Of a DNA stretch of 16,730 bases, positions 8,801 through 15,088 are shown one piece after another. Both the position numbers and the translations under genes were made by a program. The first letter of the stretch is position 1. Each line of letters begins with the position of its first letter. Below the pieces are notes generated by a model. That model ran no database searches. It had not been told where the DNA came from and saw only the letters and a program-made list of their open reading frames with translations. Source of the stretch: a bacterium (lineage in GTDB: Bacteria; Eisenbacteria; RBG-16-71-46); assembly GCA_043779265.1 (NCBI GenBank), contig JAYWEM010000164.1, positions 1 to 16,730 of the forward strand, in the 5' to 3' direction.

Positions 8801-9052
8801 CCGACACTGCAGGTCGAGTTCCACTCCACGTTCGCCCGCTGCCTCGTCGTTCTCCACTGCACGAGATCCTTCGGTACGACGGGCAACTCGTTCTGCGGCG
8901 CATTCAATCACGAGGTCGGAATCGGCCCGAGTCTGGTGCACGCTACGATGGGCAGAGGCTCGCTGCAGTCCCTCTGGTTGTATCTCGTCGGGCCACTCCT
9001 GGGTGGCGTCGCCGCAGCCCTGATCTTCCGGATCCCGGAACCCAAGGCCTGA
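8801..9052 (+). pseudogene. Remnant of an aquaporin/MIP-family gene (C-terminal half, degraded)
   Basis: Translates as PTLQVEFHSTFARCLVVLHCTRSFGTTGNSFCGAFNHEVGIGPSLVHATMGRGSLQSLWLYLVGPLLGGVAAALIFRIPEPKA*. It matches MIP helix 4 (E..TF), GNSF, GAFN(PA) and LWLYLVGPLLGG. There is no start codon, NPA reads NHE, and helix 5 is missing. Confidence 0.8.
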
Positions 9053-9087
9053 GCCCTCGAGTCCTTGCGAACACGAGAGCCCGACGC

Positions 9088-9153
9088 TTGCACGGCGTGG
9101 GGCTGTCGCGCATCTTCGACTCCTCGAGCCGCGATATCCGTCATCTGGGAGGT
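9088..9153 (+). promoter_or_regulatory. Putative sigma70 promoter and Shine-Dalgarno for the fdh operon
   Basis: TTGCAC (9088-9093), 17-nt spacer, CATCTT (9111-9116). GGGAGGT at 9147-9153 lies 5 nt before ATG 9159. Confidence 0.5.
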
Positions 9154-9158
9154 AGTCG

Positions 9159-11078
9159 ATGCAACCACGCAATCGACGCGGGATCCTCACCCGCCTGACC
9201 CAACCGCTCGTGCGCGAGAACGGTGAACTGCGTCCCACGAGTTGGGAGGCCGCGTTGGATCGTGCGGCCGAGGGATTCCAGCGCGCTCTCGCCGCCAAGG
9301 GACCCGACGCGCTCGGCGTGTTCAGCTGTTCGAAATCGACCAACGAGGTCAACTTCCTCGCGCAGAAACTGGTGCGCACGGCCTTCCGCTCGCATCACAT
9401 CGATAGCTGCAATCGAACTTGACACGCTCCCAGTGTCGTCGGTCTGGCGACAGCGTTCGGAGCGGGCGGCGGGACCAATTCCTACCGTGAGGTGGAAGAG
9501 ACCGACGTGGTGTTCCTGTGGGGCTCCAACGCCCGCGAGGCGCATCCGATCTGGTTCCATCACCTGCTGAAGGGGATCCACCGCGGCACGCGCCTCTACG
9601 TCATGGACCCGAGGCGCACGTCATCGGCGCAATGGGCGGACGTCTGGCTCGGACTGCACGTCGGCAGCGACATCGCCTTGTCGAACACGATGGCTCGCGA
9701 GATCCTCCACGCCGGACTCGAGAACCGGGAATTCATCGACGCCGCGACGACGGGGTTCGAAGCCTACCGGGCGTCCATCGAGCCGTACACGCTCGAGCGC
9801 GGCGAGGAGTTGACCGGTGTGCCGACCGACGTGATCCGGGAGGCCGCGCACGCGTTCGCCAAGGCGGACAAGGCGATGGTGTGCTGGACACTCGGCATCA
9901 CCGAGCATCATGACGCGGTGGACAACGTGCTGTCGCTCATCCACCTCTGCCTCCTGACCGGGCATGTGGGTCGCTGGGGCTGCGGGTGCAATCCCCTGCG
10001 TGGCCAGAACAATGTGCAGGGGGGCGGTGACATGGGCGCGATCCCCAACCGACTGCCGGGCTTCCAGGAGATCACGGACCCGCAGATCCGCGGACGTTTC
10101 GAACAGCATTGGGGCGTCCCGCTGCAGCCCGAGATCGGTTGGACACTGACCGAGATGCTCGCGGCGATGGACCGCGGTGACATGACCTCGCTGTTCGTGA
10201 TCGGCGAGAATCCGGCGCAGTCGGATGCGGATGCGCATCATGTCGAGAAACTGCTGCGCGGTTTGGATCATCTGGTCGTCCAGGAGATCGTTCTCACGCG
10301 AACGGCCGAACTGGCACACGTGGTGCTGCCCGCCAGTGCCTCGTGGTGCGAGGGCGAGGGCACGGTGACCAATAGCGAGCGCCGTGTTCAGCGTGTTCGC
10401 AAGGCCGTCGATCCACCCGATGGCGCGCGCGACGAGATGTGGATCCTGACGGAGATCGCGCGGCGCATGGGAGTGGATTGGGGAACTCCCACAGCCGAAG
10501 GCGTGTGGGACGAGTTCCGCCTCCTGGCGCCGGCACTCGCCGGCGGCATGAGTTACGCGAGACTCGAATCAGAGGGTGGCCTCCAGTGGCCCTGCCCCGA
10601 CGAGACCCACCCGGGAGCGACTTTTCTGCACGGCCGACTTTGGGAACGACCGATCTCCGGAGAGCGTGCGCCGTTCACGATCGTGCAGCACGAGGGCCCG
10701 GTCGAAGTCCCCGACGCCGAGTACCCGTTCGTCCTCACCACCGGCCGCCGACTCGAGTCGTACAACACCGGCGTCCAGTCGAGCAGCTACCACTCGCCCC
10801 TGCATCGTGGTGAGTCGCTCGATCTGTGCCCCGAGGATGCCGAGCGTCTCGGCATCTCCGACGGCGAGATCGTGCGCGTCAGCTCACGCCGAGGCAGCCT
10901 CGAGGTTCCGGCCCGGATCGATCGGGCCCTTCGCCCGGGATTGGTCTTCATGACCTTCCACTTCCCCGAACAGGCCGCGACGAACGTGCTCACGATCGAT
11001 GCGTCCGATCCCAAGTCGGGCACCGCCGAGTTCAAGGCGTGTGCCGTTCGCGTGGAACCGCTCGCCATCCGCACCTAG
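9159..11078 (+). CDS. Selenocysteine-containing formate dehydrogenase catalytic (Mo/W-bisPGD) subunit, 639 aa, lacking the N-terminal Fe-S domain
   Basis: ORFs 9159-9422 and 9492-11078 share a frame and are separated only by TGA 9420-9422 in the context IDSCNRT-U-HAPSV, the Mo-ligand position of FdhF. Also GSNxxEAHP, PLRGQNNVQG (catalytic Arg), GENP, GTVTNSERRVQ, LTTGR and AEFKACAV. Confidence 0.93.
9424..9456 (+). promoter_or_regulatory. Bacterial SECIS element
   Basis: Upper stem TGTCGTC (9434-9440) / GGCGACA (9446-9452) with loop GGTCT; lower stem ACGC (9424-9427) / GCGT (9453-9456). The loop G-U falls at +23/+24 counting from the U of UGA, as in E. coli fdhF. Confidence 0.85.
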
Positions 11079-11095
11079 GGAGAGAGACTGCATCC

Positions 11096-13948
11096 ATGGA
11101 CGTCCGCCTGCTGGAAGCCGAGCCCACGCCTGATGAGAGAAGCGCAGTCGATGCCGTTCTCGGCGCCCCGACCTCGAGCTGGGATGGAGGCCAGCGTGGT
11201 TCCGCGCGAGACGCCCACACCGCCACTGGCGGAGCCTCCCAGAGGAAGCGCCGCAACGAGTTACTGCCGGCACTTCAGGCGCTGCAACAGCGAGTCGGCT
11301 GGGTCAGTGAGGGCGGGCTCAACTACGTGTGCACGCGGCTCTCCATCCCTCCCGCCGAGGCCTGGGGCGTGGCCACGTTCTACGCGATGATCGCCACCTC
11401 ACCGAGGCCGAAGCGTGTCGTGCATGTGTGTGACGACATCGCCTGCCGTGCCCGCGGCGCCAAGGGGCTCTGCGCCGATCTCGAGTCTCGGGTCGGCAAG
11501 CCGCTCCCTCACGAGCCACAGGGCGAGCATGCGCATCATCATCCCGACGCGCCCGCATGGATGCACTCCCCCTGCCTCGGTCTGTGCGACTGCGCGCCGG
11601 CCGCACTGATCACCGAAGCCGGTGCCGTGCCCATCGAGCGGCTGCAGGGTGAAGTGGACTCCGAACGCGTGATCGCACTTCTGGCTGGATCCGTGCCGCA
11701 AGACGCCGCCGATGCGGCTCCCCCGTTGCCGCAACAGGGCGAGGCGTCGCTCGTGCTCCTGCGTCGCATCGGCAACGTCGACCCGACGAGTCTCGACGCC
11801 TATCGCAAGGCGGGCGGCTATCGCGCGCTCGCCCGTGCCATCGAACAAGGTGGCGAGTGGGTCATCCGCGAGGTCGAGGCCGCCGGACTGGTCGGCCGAG
11901 GCGGCGCCGCATTCCCGACGCATCGCAAGTGGTCCGCGGTGAGAGCCCAGACGGCGACGCCACACTACCTCGTGTGCAACGCCGATGAGTCCGAGCCCGG
12001 CACGTTCAAGGATCGCGTCCTGCTGTGCGGCGATCCGTTCGCTGTGATCGAGGCCATGACGATCGCCGCCCTGGCCACGCACTCGCAGCACGGCGTCCTC
12101 TATGTCAGGGCCGAATACCCATTGGCGCACGAGCGCCTGGCCGGTGCGATCGCTCAAGCACGCGCCGCGAACCTGCTCGGGGACCGGATCCTCGGAAGCG
12201 AGCTCTCCTTCGACATCCAGCTGCGGCGCGGTGCAGGCGCCTACATCTGCGGTGAGGAGACGGCGCTGTTCGAGTCGATCGAGGGCCGCCGCGGCGAGCC
12301 CCAGGTCAAGCCGCCCTTCCCGGTGGAGTCCGGCCTATACGGCAAGCCCACCGTGGTCAACAACGTCGAGACGCTGGTCAACGTCCTCCCGATCCTGCTC
12401 GAGGGCGGCGCCAGCTATGCGCGTGTCGGCACGGCGCAGTCGACTGGAACACGACTCTTCTGCCTTTCCGGCACCGTCCGTCGCCCTGGCGTCTACGAGG
12501 TGCCGATGGGGATGACCCTGCGCGCGCTGATCGAGCGCGCCGGAGGCGTACCCGATGGCCGGGAGCTTCGAGCAGTGCTCATGGGCGGAGCGGCCGGGAC
12601 GTTCCTGCGACCCGACGAGATCGACCTGCCTCTCACGCTCGAAGGCGCGAGAGCCGCCAACACCACGCTCGGCTCAGGCGTCGTCATGCTGTTCGATGAC
12701 TCCGTCGACCTTCTCGATGTCGTCCACCGCATCGCCGCATTCTTCCGTGACGAGTCCTGTGGGCAGTGCGTCCCGTGCCGAGTCGGCACCGTCCGACAGC
12801 AGGAGGCGCTGCAGCGCCTCGCCGCCGGTGACTGCCTCGGCAGCCGCGAGCAGGAACTCGTCATGGTCGGCGAGGTGGGCTCGCACATGAAGGACGCCTC
12901 CATCTGCGGCCTCGGCCAGACGGCTTACGCCGCGGTCGAGTCGGCGATCCACCGTCTTGGGCTGTTCGGGGAGGCGCCTCCCGCTTCGTCCCCCGCTCCG
13001 GCGCGCAGTTCCGAGGCTCCGCCCGCGACGGCCGCCGTGACCGGTCGCGTGGGGCTCACGATCGATGGACGATCGGTGACCGTTCCCGAGGGGACCACGC
13101 TGCTGCAGGCCTGCCGCGCCCAGGGTCTCGAACAACCCACGCTCTGTTATCTCGAGACACTGGCTCCGGTGAGCGCCTGCCGACTCTGTGTGGTCGAGGT
13201 CGAGGGCTCCCGCGTGCTGGCCCCCAGTTGTTCGCGCGCCGCGGAGTCGGGAATGGTGGTCCACACCACGTCCCCTCGCGTGAAGCATGCGAGGCGTCTG
13301 GTCCTCGAGATGCTGGGCTCCTCGGTGGACCTCTCGACCGCGCCCGACCTGCAGCGCCTCATGGCCGAGTACGGCGCCGAGCCGGCGCGTTACGGCGAGG
13401 CGGCGACGAGCGAGAACCGTGATGGTGCCATCGCGGGCCATCATGCGGCGACGCCGATCGGGCGAGCCGCCACGGTCCATCAACCCGTCAAGATCGACAA
13501 CGACCTCTACGTGCGCGACTACGCCAAGTGCGTGCTCTGCTACAAATGCGTCGAGGCGTGCGGCGAGGACCACCAGAACACGTTCGCCATCGCCGTCGCC
13601 GGGCGCGGATTCGATGCCCGCATCTCGACCGAGTTGGTACGGCCGCTCGATGACTCCGCGTGTGTCTACTGCGGCAACTGCATCGCCGTGTGTCCGACCG
13701 GCGCGCTGATGGTCAAGACCGAGTTCGACCTGCGAGCGTCCGGCGCGTGGCACGAGGAGAAACAGACCACGACCGATACCATCTGCCCCTACTGCGGCGT
13801 CGGCTGCACGCTGACGCTGCACGAACAGGAGGGCCGACTGGTGAAGGCGAGTTCGCCGCTCGACAATCGCATCACCCTCGGCAATCTCTGCGTGAAGGGT
13901 CGCTTCGGATGGCGCTTCGTGCAGCCCGACGATCCGCCGACCGCATGA
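11096..13948 (+). CDS. Fused NuoE-NuoF-NuoG(N-terminal)-like diaphorase/electron-transfer subunit of NAD-dependent formate dehydrogenase, 950 aa
   Basis: ATG 11096 follows GGGAGAG. NuoE: VATFY, CDDIAC, CLGLC. NuoF: GRGGAAFP, NADESEPGTFKDR, GAGAYICGEETAL, ESCGQCVPC..SICGLG. [2Fe-2S]: PTLC..CRLC..PSC. Two [4Fe-4S]: CVLCYKCVEAC and CVYCGNCIAVCP. Terminal CPYCGVGC..CVKGRFG. Confidence 0.92.
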   Translation: MDVRLLEAEPTPDERSAVDAVLGAPTSSWDGGQRGSARDAHTATGGASQRKRRNELLPALQALQQRVGWVSEGGLNYVCTRLSIPPAEAWGVATFYAMIATSPRPKRVVHVCDDIACRARGAKGLCADLESRVGKPLPHEPQGEHAHHHPDAPAWMHSPCLGLCDCAPAALITEAGAVPIERLQGEVDSERVIALLAGSVPQDAADAAPPLPQQGEASLVLLRRIGNVDPTSLDAYRKAGGYRALARAIEQGGEWVIREVEAAGLVGRGGAAFPTHRKWSAVRAQTATPHYLVCNADESEPGTFKDRVLLCGDPFAVIEAMTIAALATHSQHGVLYVRAEYPLAHERLAGAIAQARAANLLGDRILGSELSFDIQLRRGAGAYICGEETALFESIEGRRGEPQVKPPFPVESGLYGKPTVVNNVETLVNVLPILLEGGASYARVGTAQSTGTRLFCLSGTVRRPGVYEVPMGMTLRALIERAGGVPDGRELRAVLMGGAAGTFLRPDEIDLPLTLEGARAANTTLGSGVVMLFDDSVDLLDVVHRIAAFFRDESCGQCVPCRVGTVRQQEALQRLAAGDCLGSREQELVMVGEVGSHMKDASICGLGQTAYAAVESAIHRLGLFGEAPPASSPAPARSSEAPPATAAVTGRVGLTIDGRSVTVPEGTTLLQACRAQGLEQPTLCYLETLAPVSACRLCVVEVEGSRVLAPSCSRAAESGMVVHTTSPRVKHARRLVLEMLGSSVDLSTAPDLQRLMAEYGAEPARYGEAATSENRDGAIAGHHAATPIGRAATVHQPVKIDNDLYVRDYAKCVLCYKCVEACGEDHQNTFAIAVAGRGFDARISTELVRPLDDSACVYCGNCIAVCPTGALMVKTEFDLRASGAWHEEKQTTTDTICPYCGVGCTLTLHEQEGRLVKASSPLDNRITLGNLCVKGRFGWRFVQPDDPPTA

Positions 13949-15036
13949 GTCGATTGTTTCCCCGCCGAAGCGGACTCGTGACGTGGCTCGCCGGGCTCGC
14001 GCTTCTACTCATGTGGGCGCCTCGCGCCGGGGCGGTTCGCGTCGCAGACGTGCCGAACCCGCAGGTCACCCGCGGCGGCTGGGTCATCGATGTGGCCGGC
14101 GTCCTGTCGCTGCCGGTGATCGACTCGCTCGATGCGATCTCCCGGCGACTCGCCGAGGACCAAGGCGCCCAACTCGCGTTCGCGATCGTGCCCGAGACGA
14201 GTGGCGAGGATCCGAAGGCATTCGCTTCTGCACTATTCCAGCGGTGGAGCGTTGGCCGAGCCTCTGCCGACGACGGCATCCTCGTGCTCCTGGTGACTGA
14301 GGCGAGACGGATCGAGGTTGAGACGGGCTATGGCGTCGAGGGGGTCCTCCCTGATGCTCGGGTCGGTCGGATCCTCGATCGCTCGGTGGTCCCCCACTTC
14401 CGGAACGGCGATTGGGGCGCCGGCCTGATCGCAGGAGCCGAGGAGTTCTCCAGCGCCATCCGCTCGGGCGAGTCGATGGCCGCGGACGCAGCAGCGCCTG
14501 CCTCCGGTCGATCTCGAGCGTTCCAGGTCGTCGGCCGGATCCTCGGCCTGATGGCCACGCTCGCGGGGGTGGCCGCATGGTTCCGCTGGCTGAGGTTCTG
14601 CCCCAAATGCCGCCGACCCATGCGGCTGTTGGGGGAGATCGAGGATGACGCGTACATCTCTCTGCTCGATCGCCTCGAGGAGACGCTGCGGAGCGTCGAT
14701 CACCGTGTGTGGCGCTGTGATCCGTGCGGCATCTTCACCGTCGAACAGAGGCGCGCGCTGTTCACCTCGTTCGATGATTGCCCCAACTGCTTCCGGCGCA
14801 CCCGGAGCGTCGAACGCGTGACGCTGCGGCCCGCTACGAAGACTCACGAGGGTCTGGCACAGGTCGATCGCCGTTGCCGCAACGCGGCCTGCGGCCATCA
14901 CGAGAGTGTTCGCGAGCCGATCGCCCGGATCGTCGAGTCGAGCGGCTCGAGCGGCGGATCGAGCTCGGGCTCGAGCTCGGGCGGCAGCTTCGGCGGTGGC
15001 AGCTCGGGTGGCGGAGGCGCCGGCCGGAGTTTTTGA
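13945..15036 (+). CDS. TPM-domain membrane protein with Cys-pair (zinc-ribbon-like) cytoplasmic region and Gly/Ser-rich tail
   Basis: ATG 13945 overlaps the upstream stop (ATGA). Signal peptide, then TPM motifs (WVIDVAGVLS, DDGILVLL, RRIEVETGYGVEGVLPD), one TM helix, CPKC/CDPC/CPNC/CRNAAC, and the tail SFGGGSSGGGGAGRSF. Confidence 0.88.
   Translation: MSRLFPRRSGLVTWLAGLALLLMWAPRAGAVRVADVPNPQVTRGGWVIDVAGVLSLPVIDSLDAISRRLAEDQGAQLAFAIVPETSGEDPKAFASALFQRWSVGRASADDGILVLLVTEARRIEVETGYGVEGVLPDARVGRILDRSVVPHFRNGDWGAGLIAGAEEFSSAIRSGESMAADAAAPASGRSRAFQVVGRILGLMATLAGVAAWFRWLRFCPKCRRPMRLLGEIEDDAYISLLDRLEETLRSVDHRVWRCDPCGIFTVEQRRALFTSFDDCPNCFRRTRSVERVTLRPATKTHEGLAQVDRRCRNAACGHHESVREPIARIVESSGSSGGSSSGSSSGGSFGGGSSGGGGAGRSF
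14938..15027 (+). repeat. Low-complexity Ser/Gly-coding repeat (TCGAGC/GGC units)
   Basis: Encodes SSGSSGGSSSGSSSGGSFGGGSSGGGGAG, the tail typical of TPM proteins. Confidence 0.7.
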
Positions 15037-15070
15037 ACCGCGGCGCCACTCCCCCTTCGGGACGCGGCTC

Positions 15071-15079
15071 TGCTACAGT
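15071..15079 (+). promoter_or_regulatory. Putative extended -10 promoter of the ABC-F gene
   Basis: TG-C-TACAGT lies 9 nt before ATG 15089, with no Shine-Dalgarno in between (TCCCCGCCC). Confidence 0.55.
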
Positions 15080-15088
15080 TCCCCGCCC

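Noticed and set aside
8798..8830. Possible Sec readthrough of the deoD UGA into the in-frame aquaporin remnant
   Set aside because: DeoD is already full length, no convincing SECIS stem is present at the required spacing, and the downstream peptide is visibly degraded.
9159..9422. Treating the 87-aa ORF as a separate small gene or fdh as a pseudogene
   Set aside because: The stop falls exactly on the catalytic Cys/Sec column and is followed by a SECIS-like hairpin.
10826..11095. N-terminal 90 aa of the 1040-aa ORF
   Set aside because: Overlaps the fdh catalytic gene out of frame and is Arg-rich noise. The SD-preceded ATG at 11096 is the better start.
13660..13944. N-terminal extension of the 458-aa TPM ORF
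   Set aside because: Overlaps the Fe-S domains of the upstream gene. The signal peptide begins at ATG 13945.
15037..15068. Possible terminator after the TPM gene
   Set aside because: Only a weak, interrupted stem with no U-tract.
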